A stretch of 39,233 bases of DNA from positions 1 to 39,233 of the IMG/VR virus record IMGVR_UViG_3300022670_000191. The stretch is one strand, 5' to 3'. Each line of letters starts with the position of its first letter. Positions within the stretch are counted from its first letter, which is position 1. The DNA is from a virus (taxonomy: Duplodnaviria > Caudoviricetes). This document shows, in pieces, positions 27,570 to 34,753 of this stretch. The notes under the pieces were generated by a model. That model was not told where the DNA came from and ran no database searches. It saw nothing but the letters and a program-made list of their open reading frames with translations. The translations under genes were made by a program, and so were the position numbers.

Positions 27570-28045
27570 TTGTATCCGGGTAAGCGAGACCCTGACGATT
27601 AAGTCATTTCATCTCGCTTAACTCCTGACCCTTTAGAGGTTTGTAGAGCCGTTATCAGCGCCCTGCTGCTTACCTTCTGACCACATGATCCCGCAGGGTA
27701 CGACCCGGAATGTGGCTGATACGGTGAGTGAGGAACGTTGTCACCCCGATACTCGTTCGATAAGCGTCCCAGACTATTCGACAACGCCCCTCTGGGATAG
27801 AGCTCTACTAGTACAGGCTTGTTTAGTCCTGCAGCTTGCCTTATTAAACGCTTATACCTAAAACACCGACTATATGAATCAGCATTAGAGGTGGCCCGAC
27901 CATTCACTACAGCCTCGCGTGGTCGGCGTGTATCGCTTGGGGTCTCAGGTCCCCGGACTGTTCCTCGGATGCCGGCATTCAAGAAGGCACCACCACCACT
28001 AATACTGACTCTATCGACGTTAATTCGCCGCTGGTTGCGGCTAGG
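27570..28045 (-). ncRNA. Candidate large structured non-coding RNA / structured origin element (boundaries approximate)
   Basis: More than ten nested inverted repeats, a possible pseudoknot and an end-to-end helix; several stems close only with G-U pairs on the minus strand. Confidence 0.6.
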
Positions 28046-28046
28046 G

Positions 28047-28077
28047 TTGATTTCTTGGGCGAGGTTTGGTGTATAAT
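28047..28077 (+). promoter_or_regulatory. Antisense promoter (TTGATT-N19-TATAAT)
   Basis: Perfect TATAAT at 28072-28077; -35-like box at a long 19-nt spacing. Confidence 0.45.
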
Positions 28078-28083
28078 GACATC

Positions 28084-28150
28084 GGCCCTGGAATCTCTCG
28101 AAACAGCTTTCCAGAAAAGGCTCAGCATTATCTAAGGTGCTGGGCCTTTT
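28084..28150 (+). ncRNA. Candidate ~67-nt antisense RNA (OOP/RNA I-like)
   Basis: Lies between the TATAAT box and an intrinsic terminator; contains hairpin CTGGAA 28088-28093 / TTCCAG 28109-28114. Confidence 0.5.
28115..28150 (+). terminator. Intrinsic terminator, possibly bidirectional
   Basis: AAAAGGCTCAGCATT-ATCTAA-GGTGCTGGGCCTTTT; three U-G pairs favour the plus strand. Confidence 0.7.
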
Positions 28151-28298
28151 GAATAATGAGTATGCGCTATTCATCAAAACAATTCCACCCACTGCATAAG
28201 GTTGCTCCACATATATCCTGCTGGATGTGCCAGTATCAAATGAGCCATGTATAAGACTCCAAAAAACCATGCCCAATATTTATATGTAGAACGCTTAA

Positions 28299-28604
28299 TC
28301 ATGAGTATTCATTTAAGGCCCACTTATTCCAATCAAACCCGCATTGACACTTTCCGTCGGTCGCGTAACCTGCATCAAGGCCGCATTCTGGTGTTGGACA
28401 TATCGGCAAACTAACAACCACCTTCGCCCCGTAAGGAAACGTAGATGCCGCCAATTCAAGTTCTTCAAGTCCATCCTCACCCTGCTTGTCCCCGTCGCAA
28501 TAACAACTCCAAGCAGCCTTTAGTCGGTCACAATTGGGACCGTCGTAACAATCCGGCTTCTGCATAGCCCACATGGTTTCACGATATTGAAGTCGCTCAT
28601 TCAT
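28299..28604 (-). CDS. Cys-rich hypothetical protein
   Basis: CPTPECG...CQCGFDW; SD GGAGG. Confidence 0.6.
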   Translation of the reverse strand: MNERLQYRETMWAMQKPDCYDGPNCDRLKAAWSCYCDGDKQGEDGLEELELAASTFPYGAKVVVSLPICPTPECGLDAGYATDGKCQCGFDWNKWALNEYS

Positions 28605-28837
28605 TATCTGTCCTCCTCTTGTATGCGCTCATTAGGATTCCACTTTTTGCTTTCGTTCTTGCAGTTTGAGCATTCTCCTGATTCGCCAATTTCTTCTAAC
28701 AGCCTCGATGCTAAGGGCGCGCCACCCATTGCTGTGTTCAAGCTCTGCAAGCCTTGGAAGTGTTTCTCGCACGCCTTCACTTCCTGACCCGGCCAAAACA
28801 CTACATACTTTGCTGGAAATTCTGTTTGTTCACTCAT
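28604..28837 (-). CDS. Small Zn-binding hypothetical protein
   Basis: FWPG...ACEKH...CSNC. Confidence 0.6.
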   Translation of the reverse strand: MSEQTEFPAKYVVFWPGQEVKACEKHFQGLQSLNTAMGGAPLASRLLEEIGESGECSNCKNESKKWNPNERIQEEDR

Positions 28838-29006
28838 TATCAGCGTCCCTGGATAGGTGTTCTTCTGTTAAGTCCTGCCACCGCTTTTTGAGGGCATGGC
28901 CACGAAATGTTTTATGCAGTGGATCACGCTGACCTGGATCACGATAATCAATTCCCTGAGCCAAAGTTACAGTGGGTTCGTGTATGCCTGTTTTAGGGTC
29001 AGTCAT
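28830..29006 (-). CDS. 58-aa hypothetical protein
   Basis: Manual translation MTDPKTGIHEP...; overlaps both neighbours. Confidence 0.45.
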   Translation of the reverse strand: MTDPKTGIHEPTVTLAQGIDYRDPGQRDPLHKTFRGHALKKRWQDLTEEHLSRDADNE

Positions 29007-29263
29007 GGCCTACCTGCCAGTCCACACCAACCATGTCCAGGCTCTGCTTCGGTTACGATTGTGCCACCTGCAGTTACTGATGTGTGTGATGTGCGCCATG
29101 CCATACATTGAGAGCCTATGCAATGAGCGTTTGTTCTGCTTGTTGCACCATGATTTTCTTTGCTCCAAACTTCTGGACTACGGTTAGTAGAATTGGCACC
29201 GTCATCGCCATTGTAATAGCGAACCATTGGACACCAGCGTAATTTTGCCTCATCCTCTGTCAT
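29003..29263 (-). CDS. Cys-motif phage hypothetical protein
   Basis: MTEDEAKLRWCP...CIGSQCMAWR...GWCGLAG. Confidence 0.65.
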   Translation of the reverse strand: MTEDEAKLRWCPMVRYYNGDDGANSTNRSPEVWSKENHGATSRTNAHCIGSQCMAWRTSHTSVTAGGTIVTEAEPGHGWCGLAGRP

Positions 29264-29574
29264 GATAAAGCTTCGGTGCAAGCTTCTATGATTGCGCGAG
29301 GGAGTGATTCGTCTGTTCCATACTTTGATTCAAGCGACTTATCTAATTCGCCTGTTTCAGCATAGAATTTAACAATCCATTTCTTTGTGCCGGGCACTTT
29401 TGACCAATCGCCCCATCGTGCCTTCTCCATCAGCGCCATTGCTACTCGTGGGTCACGCACGAACTTGTCAGGGCTAACTGAGTGTGGTCCGTCAAAGTAA
29501 TAGCTCCCGCCTTTAGGGTTGGCCTGACCAACACCCAAAGCCACAACTGCATTTGCTAATTCTTTGTCGTTCAT
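29260..29574 (-). CDS. Phage ABA-sandwich-like protein
   Basis: MNDKELANAVV...DPRVAMALMEK...SLPRAIIEAC. Confidence 0.6.
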   Translation of the reverse strand: MNDKELANAVVALGVGQANPKGGSYYFDGPHSVSPDKFVRDPRVAMALMEKARWGDWSKVPGTKKWIVKFYAETGELDKSLESKYGTDESLPRAIIEACTEALS

Positions 29575-29653
29575 CCGTATACCATTATCATCGCTATTGC
29601 GACTCCTGCAGCGATACAAATAATGACGTACCAGAACAGGCGGGATGTGTATT

Positions 29654-29980
29654 TCATTGGAGTACCTTCAGTGCTGCTCTGGCGTAATTGCCAACACGAT
29701 ACATCGGAAAACTATTTCTAGGATCACCGCCCTGTTCTTCTATCAGTGTAAGCATCGCAATAGCGTATGCCTCACTATCGATATCACTATCGATACGAAG
29801 CCACACCAACACCGCATAGTCATCGTCAGCGTTTGTGAATGGGTCTGGAACCACCTTCCCAGATAGCCCTCTTTCGTTTGGAGGAATGCCAAAGTCTTTT
29901 CCAGTAATATCTCCAACATAGAAACCACCCCACCCCATAGCCTTACAAAGACGAATCCTATCTTCTGTATTATTGGACAT
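29654..29980 (-). CDS. Phage ABA-sandwich-like protein
   Basis: DRIRLCKAMGW...PDPFTNADD...ARAALKV. Confidence 0.55.
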   Translation of the reverse strand: MSNNTEDRIRLCKAMGWGGFYVGDITGKDFGIPPNERGLSGKVVPDPFTNADDDYAVLVWLRIDSDIDSEAYAIAMLTLIEEQGGDPRNSFPMYRVGNYARAALKVLQ

Positions 29981-30461
29981 CTTGATATATCCTTCTTTTC
30001 CGAATAAAGCAGATCATTTGCGGTGATGTTGAAAAGTACTTTGCTGCATCAGTCCCAGATAGCCATGAAGTTCTAATGCCTCTAATTTGATCTTCCGTGA
30101 ACCTCCTTCTAATACGTACCGATAGCGCCTGAGCTGCCTGACATTGCTTTCTGGTTGGCGCTCGCCCCCGACCCTTACGGTCACGATCATGATTGTTATC
30201 AGCTATCGTTCCAACGAATAAATGCTTAGGGTTGACGCAAGATGGGGTGTCACAATGATGACAAACTAACTTATCTCCAGGTATTTCTCCGAAGTGCAGC
30301 ATCCAAGAAAATCTGCTGGCCTTCTCACTTCGACCATCAAAGTGAAATGATCCATACCCCTGTGCAAAATGACCAGCGGTCCATAGCCAACAATCATCAT
30401 CACCAAGTTTTGCAACATAGTTCCAAAAACGGGCCTCTGCCAGTTTAATCCTATCGTTCAT
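29970..30461 (-). CDS. HNH homing endonuclease (HNH_3 type)
   Basis: RFWNYV...CWLWT...VCHHCDTPSCVNPKHLFVGTIADNNHD plus C-terminal HTH. Confidence 0.9.
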   Translation of the reverse strand: MNDRIKLAEARFWNYVAKLGDDDCWLWTAGHFAQGYGSFHFDGRSEKASRFSWMLHFGEIPGDKLVCHHCDTPSCVNPKHLFVGTIADNNHDRDRKGRGRAPTRKQCQAAQALSVRIRRRFTEDQIRGIRTSWLSGTDAAKYFSTSPQMICFIRKRRIYQDVQ

Positions 30462-30625
30462 TTGAGTGCCTTTAGTTCCTTTCTGGATTTGGCCTCTTCT
30501 CGATCGACGCGCTGTAGTACCATTTCCATTCGATCCATAGTCTCCTTTGCCTTCTCATGTTCGCCAGCAAGCCTTTCAAGGTATGCCTCAAGGAATTTTC
30601 TGAGCATTTCATTGTTGTCTTTCAT
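30458..30625 (-). CDS. Small coiled-coil protein
   Basis: MKDNNEMLRK start with SD GAGG. Confidence 0.5.
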   Translation of the reverse strand: MKDNNEMLRKFLEAYLERLAGEHEKAKETMDRMEMVLQRVDREEAKSRKELKALK

Positions 30626-30748
30626 TTCGGCCTCTTTATAATCTTGATTTCCTGTTCGCATCTTGAACAAACCTCGACTCTGACTGGCTTGCCATTGCTA
30701 TTACGAACACGAACCTGGAATAAGTGATTGACCTGTCGTAAGCAGTGT

Positions 30749-31030
30749 TCACAGGTTTTCATCGAGTACTTCACGGACTTTGATCCAGTCTCTTTCGCCT
30801 TCACCGTCTTGCCGTATCGTAAGTATCCAACCGTGTTCATCAACGAGTACGTCCCACTCACGCGGCGATGGTTTGATTCGGAACTCAATTTCATTAACCT
30901 TGGACATACCAAGCGCCATAAAATCATTGCAGTCATCCCAATCAATTCCCTTCCATCGAAACTGAATATCCTCCCCATTGGCAAAAGCCTCTATAATGGG
31001 GAGTAGTTCTTTGGCGCGTTCTCGGTTCAT
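30749..31030 (-). CDS. Phage hypothetical protein
   Basis: MNRERAKELLPIIEAFANGEDIQ...FRIKP. Confidence 0.65.
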   Translation of the reverse strand: MNRERAKELLPIIEAFANGEDIQFRWKGIDWDDCNDFMALGMSKVNEIEFRIKPSPREWDVLVDEHGWILTIRQDGEGERDWIKVREVLDENL

Positions 31031-31173
31031 GCCAGTACTCCTGCTATAGCGAATATTCCAGAGGCTATGAGGACGCGAGTTGCATTTGCCGAAGTCTTAT
31101 GGTCAGTATTGGTCCCGCCATAAAAGCTAATAGCAAACAACAATCCAGATATAACAAGGAATAGGGCGCTCAT
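31027..31173 (-). CDS. 48-aa two-helix membrane peptide
   Basis: Manual translation MSALFLVISGLLFAISFYGG...VLIASGIFAIAGVLA; ATGA overlaps at both ends. Confidence 0.55.
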   Translation of the reverse strand: MSALFLVISGLLFAISFYGGTNTDHKTSANATRVLIASGIFAIAGVLA

Positions 31174-31358
31174 CGGTAGTCGTCCAAGCATAGATCAAGT
31201 TCACCATTTGATAAGTCCTTGAGCTTGATAATGTGTTTCATCGGAATAATGCCATCATCCCTTGACTTCCAAACGCTTACTGCGGCTTCGCTCAACCCCA
31301 ATATATCCGCCACATTTCGCTGTGACTTGAAATGTTCAACCGCGTCTTGTAATTTCAT
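31170..31358 (-). CDS. cro: Cro-like HTH repressor
   Basis: DAVEHFKSQRNVADILGLSEAAVSVW...IIP; ATG at 31358 with SD GGAG; first gene of the leftward operon. Confidence 0.8.
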   Translation of the reverse strand: MKLQDAVEHFKSQRNVADILGLSEAAVSVWKSRDDGIIPMKHIIKLKDLSNGELDLCLDDYR

Positions 31359-31381
31359 AACTGCTCCGTTAAGTTGAAATG

Positions 31382-31425
31382 AGATTAACATAGTATTGAC
31401 TTCGAGTAAAGGACTGTGTTAGATT
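31382..31425. promoter_or_regulatory. Overlapping divergent sigma70-type early promoters
   Basis: Minus: TTTACT(31410-31405)-N17-TAATCT(31387-31382) with TG. Plus: TTGACT(31396-31401)-N18-TAGATT(31420-31425) with TG. Confidence 0.7.
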
Positions 31426-31449
31426 GGCTTATCGAAACGGGAGAACGGT

Positions 31450-31599
31450 ATGAATGACATTATCAGCGAACTACGAAGTTATGGTTATTGTGTAGGTGTC
31501 ACAATTAATGGCTTTGCTGCTTACAACGCAGACGGCGATTACATTGAGGCTAATACGCTTCCAGATTTACGGAAGGCTTGTCATCACATTGTTGCCTGA
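31450..31599 (+). CDS. 49-aa hypothetical early protein
   Basis: SD GGGAG; manual translation MNDIISELRSYG...CHHIVA. Confidence 0.5.
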   Translation: MNDIISELRSYGYCVGVTINGFAAYNADGDYIEANTLPDLRKACHHIVA

Positions 31600-31700
31600 A
31601 TCTGGAGAACTTCAATGAACGACTGGATGAGTGAATTACAGGATTATCCTGATCCTCTTATTGACGGATTGTTCGATGATGATCCTGCGGAGATAGTGGA

Positions 31701-31904
31701 ATGAGCATTGAAATTGAAAAAAACATCCCGATGCCAAGTAAATACCCTTTTTCTGATATGGAAATCGGTGATTCATTTTGTGACAGCATTACCAATCGGT
31801 ATAAGATTTCCTACTACATTGCCAAGGAATCAAAAAAATCCGGTTCAAAATTTTCTATCAGGACAATCTCCGAAACTGAATATCGTGTATGGAGAATAGA
31901 ATGA
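31701..31904 (+). CDS. Small phage protein (IEKNIPMP...YPF...GDSF...RVWR), putative DNA-binding
   Basis: Recognisable motif; SD GGAG. Confidence 0.65.
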   Translation: MSIEIEKNIPMPSKYPFSDMEIGDSFCDSITNRYKISYYIAKESKKSGSKFSIRTISETEYRVWRIE

Positions 31905-32125
31905 CCAGAATGCCTTGTTCAATTACCGATGGTCCCGCATCTGAAATGGACGCAATCGAAGAAGCACGAGAACCTCAAGAGCGCGAATACGACAAGCATA
32001 TTGATTCTGTAGACATCAAGGCCGCATTCGAACACAGCGTTACTGAAAGTATCCTTGACGCAATTGAGGGTATGCACCAAGGGCTAGATCGCATGGCTCT
32101 GCTGGTACGGAAACAAGGAGAATAG
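31901..32125 (+). CDS. Hypothetical protein
   Basis: MTRMPCSITDGP; ATGA overlap; SD GGAG. Confidence 0.5.
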   Translation: MTRMPCSITDGPASEMDAIEEAREPQEREYDKHIDSVDIKAAFEHSVTESILDAIEGMHQGLDRMALLVRKQGE

Positions 32126-32126
32126 A

Positions 32127-32450
32127 ATGAAAGCAGGAATTAAGAAACGGTGGATCAGTGCGCTTCGGTCTGGAAAATACAAACAGGGCACCGGTCAACT
32201 TCGTGATGCACAAAATAACTTCTGTTGTTTGGGTGTCCTTTGCGATGTGCAGGGTAGGCATTGGTGGAAACCAGAAGGTACAGGAGAATGGACTATAGGC
32301 GTTGGAGACCAACAAGACTGGCTTGGCCCAAATAATGAAAAATTAATCAGAGATATTGGTGGCTACGAGCATCGTACCAAGCTTATAAAGATGAATGACT
32401 CTGGCAAATCATTCGAGCAGATCGCTCGGTATATCGAACAGCACTTATGA
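32127..32450 (+). CDS. Phage hypothetical protein
   Basis: WISALRSGKYKQG...FCCLGVLCD...MND...FEQIARYIE. Confidence 0.7.
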   Translation: MKAGIKKRWISALRSGKYKQGTGQLRDAQNNFCCLGVLCDVQGRHWWKPEGTGEWTIGVGDQQDWLGPNNEKLIRDIGGYEHRTKLIKMNDSGKSFEQIARYIEQHL

Positions 32451-32575
32451 GCATGATTCTCTGCACAGTATGTGACCGTCAGTTCGATACCGACAAACAG
32501 GTAGACGCTCAATACGATCCGCCCGTATGTGAGGACTGTCTTATGGAAGACGAAGGAAACGACGATGGCAGCTAA
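32447..32575 (+). CDS. 42-aa zinc-finger peptide
   Basis: CTVC...CEDC; manual translation. Confidence 0.5.
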   Translation: MSMILCTVCDRQFDTDKQVDAQYDPPVCEDCLMEDEGNDDGS

Positions 32576-33197
32576 CACAGGTATCGTAGATATTTACGGC
32601 GTAGACTACAAAACCGTAGCCCTTCGTGTCAACGAGTTCCGAGAAAAGCAGCCCACCTGGACGATTGAAACCAAGCTGATTTTTCAAGATGAGCACAAGG
32701 TCATTATGCGCGCCCGTATCTTGGACGGAGAAAACCTCATATCAACTGGCTATGCCGAGGAAGTGAGAGACTCAACAAATGTCAATATTACCTCTGCGTT
32801 GGAGAATGCGGAAACAAGCGCTGTAGGTCGAGCGTTAGCCTTCTACGGCCTCGCAGGCACTGAAATTCGTTCAGCAGACGAAATGAGTGACGCTCTAATC
32901 GCTCAGGGCATTAAAACGGCTACGCAGCGCCTAGTGGCCCACAACGAAGCGTGGAAGCGAAATGAGGCCAGCGTGCATTCAATTAAAGGCCACCTGAGAG
33001 ATGAGAGACTGTCTGCTGCTTGGGAAGAGTTGTTGGAGATTGACGAAGAGGACCGCATCAATCTTCGTATCGCGCCAACAAAGGGTGGCTGTTTCACTGT
33101 AGAGGAAAACAAGCAACTCACTCAGGCAAAGGCTGACGACTTCGATGCCGAGGCCGGCGTTTACCGATCAATAGCAGACAGGAAAGGCAATGCCTGA
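32565..33197 (+). CDS. Single-strand annealing protein (Rad52/Sak-like)
   Basis: YKTVALRV...TGYAEE...ALENAETSAVGRALAFYG...SADEM; adjacent to SSB-like gene. Confidence 0.7.
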   Translation: MAANTGIVDIYGVDYKTVALRVNEFREKQPTWTIETKLIFQDEHKVIMRARILDGENLISTGYAEEVRDSTNVNITSALENAETSAVGRALAFYGLAGTEIRSADEMSDALIAQGIKTATQRLVAHNEAWKRNEASVHSIKGHLRDERLSAAWEELLEIDEEDRINLRIAPTKGGCFTVEENKQLTQAKADDFDAEAGVYRSIADRKGNA

Positions 33198-33465
33198 ATA
33201 TTCAAACAGAAACCGAGGTGCTATCTGGCCTAATGACAGAATGCGCGAGGATAAGCAAGATCCGCATTTTACGGGGTCGCTGAATGTCGATGGTAATGAG
33301 TACTGGGTCAGTGCATGGAAGCGCAAACCAGATGCTAAACAAGGCTCTCCATCGTTGACCTTTACGGTAAACAGGAAGGATCAGAACAAGGCACCCAATC
33401 CAGCCAAGAAACCACCGCCACCGACTGAACCACCAGATGATTTCGATAGTGAAATCCCATTTTGA
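33190..33465 (+). CDS. ssDNA-binding protein (DUF736-like fold) with acidic tail
   Basis: PHFTGSLNVDG.EYWVSAW; C-terminus DDFDSEIPF. Confidence 0.75.
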   Translation: MPEYSNRNRGAIWPNDRMREDKQDPHFTGSLNVDGNEYWVSAWKRKPDAKQGSPSLTFTVNRKDQNKAPNPAKKPPPPTEPPDDFDSEIPF

Positions 33466-33524
33466 CAGATCGAGATATTGAAATGATTACTGACCTACAA
33501 CGTCTCAATCCAAAGGAGAATTAA

Positions 33525-33872
33525 ATGCAAACCGTAACAGTAAGCAAAGACACGCTCATCGTGGTAATGACGGAAAACCGTGAAAAACATCGCGATGCTT
33601 ACGAAACAGCCTTCGATGGATACTGCAAAGAGTGCATCAAGGTGCTTGAGGAAAACCTTGCTCAGTTCAAGGCTGGCACTCGCAAACGGCTGGTTTGGAC
33701 CGAGGCAGCGCCAGAAGATCATACGAAGGATTACGACCGCGTTCTACAGATGCTTGAAATGTCGGTGGACGATGAGATTGACCTGCTCTCTAACGAGTTT
33801 GAATGCTACGTGCAGGACGATTGGGGCTGGAAAGAACGGTGGTCAACCAGCAATTCCAAGTACATGACTTGA
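33525..33872 (+). CDS. Phage hypothetical protein
   Basis: SD AAGGAG; PEDHTKDYDRVLQMLEMS...DDWGWK. Confidence 0.65.
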   Translation: MQTVTVSKDTLIVVMTENREKHRDAYETAFDGYCKECIKVLEENLAQFKAGTRKRLVWTEAAPEDHTKDYDRVLQMLEMSVDDEIDLLSNEFECYVQDDWGWKERWSTSNSKYMT

Positions 33873-33888
33873 GTCCCACGAAGACACA

Positions 33889-34041
33889 ATGAAACCTGAT
33901 CTCATACTATCTGCAATCATTATCACAATGCTTTCATATGGAACCTGGAGAATAATGGATACCGTTATGCAACCTGTTGAACCGATATGCGAGAAAGAGG
34001 GAAGTCCAATTCCATGTGATTCTGACGGAGATAGGCAGTGA
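33889..34041 (+). CDS. 50-aa peptide with N-terminal hydrophobic helix
   Basis: Manual translation MKPDLILSAIIITMLSYG... Confidence 0.4.
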   Translation: MKPDLILSAIIITMLSYGTWRIMDTVMQPVEPICEKEGSPIPCDSDGDRQ

Positions 34042-34202
34042 CCGATTGCGAATGGTGGATGGAATTTATGGCGACTATGACCATGATTGGCACGGTGTTC
34101 GGTGTCATTTTGTTGCTCTCGCTAGCAACTCAGTTCAGTAGATTTCTGCTTTGGTGGAAATCGAAGATAGACGAGGACAGGCAGGAGCGTGAAAATGGGT
34201 GA
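34038..34202 (+). CDS. 54-aa membrane peptide
   Basis: GTG start with SD GGAG; single transmembrane segment. Confidence 0.45.
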   Translation: MTDCEWWMEFMATMTMIGTVFGVILLLSLATQFSRFLLWWKSKIDEDRQERENG

Positions 34203-34506
34203 ACCAGACTATAAAGACGATACCGGAAAATCTGTTCCGCTTTTTACTTTATGCAAAATGAACCCAGAATGGGCAGCATCACATATTAAAAACACTAGGG
34301 ACGAGATCGAGCGTCTGAGTGCTGAAGGCACACGACTCTCTGAGCGACTGGAGACTGAGATCGAGTACGCATGCAACCTCCAGAGAATCATTGAGCGTCA
34401 TTGTCGTGGATTGCGCATCGAGGATGAGTTGGCTGACAAGAGTCCACACCTATCGAATAAGCTGAATCGTTTTCTGGACTCTGCTTCAGGTAATCAGAAG
34501 TCGTAA
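34189..34506 (+). CDS. Hypothetical coiled-coil protein, last gene of rightward operon
   Basis: ORF track; converges on the late operon at 34514. Confidence 0.55.
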   Translation: MKMGEPDYKDDTGKSVPLFTLCKMNPEWAASHIKNTRDEIERLSAEGTRLSERLETEIEYACNLQRIIERHCRGLRIEDELADKSPHLSNKLNRFLDSASGNQKS

Positions 34507-34513
34507 TTCTTCT

Positions 34514-34753
34514 CTACAAATTAAGTATTTCCTTGAGTCGTTCTCTGGCCTTCATATCAGCTTCTGTACGTCGTTCTACTTCGTTTTCAAAGCGAGTGTA
34601 CAGTTCTATTATATCGCTTAATTGTTCGTCCGTTAGAAGGCCATTCGCTACTAGTGTCACGGCAACGTCTGTGAGTTCACGAAAATTATCGACCACAATT
34701 GCATCCAGACATCCGCCCGCACAAGCTGCTGCTTTACATTGCTGTTCACTCAT
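34514..34753 (-). CDS. Hypothetical protein, last late gene
   Basis: SD GGAG; overlaps upstream gene. Confidence 0.55.
   Translation of the reverse strand: MSEQQCKAAACAGGCLDAIVVDNFRELTDVAVTLVANGLLTDEQLSDIIELYTRFENEVERRTEADMKARERLKEILNL

Noticed and set aside
27760-27880. Group I intron core (GACUA...UAGUC, P7-like) with the adjacent GIY-YIG as homing endonuclease
   Set aside because: No interrupted host gene, no convincing P3/P4/P6 consensus, and both pentamers sit in or beside other local hairpins.
27570-28045. Retron msr-msd, DGR template or CRISPR/guide array
   Set aside because: No reverse transcriptase or Cas gene in the genome, and no repeat-spacer periodicity or TR/VR pair seen.
30622-30984. 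120-aa ORF overlapping 30749..31030
   Set aside because: The 5' part overlaps a better gene in another frame. At most the C-terminal MKTCEHC...CSRC peptide is real.
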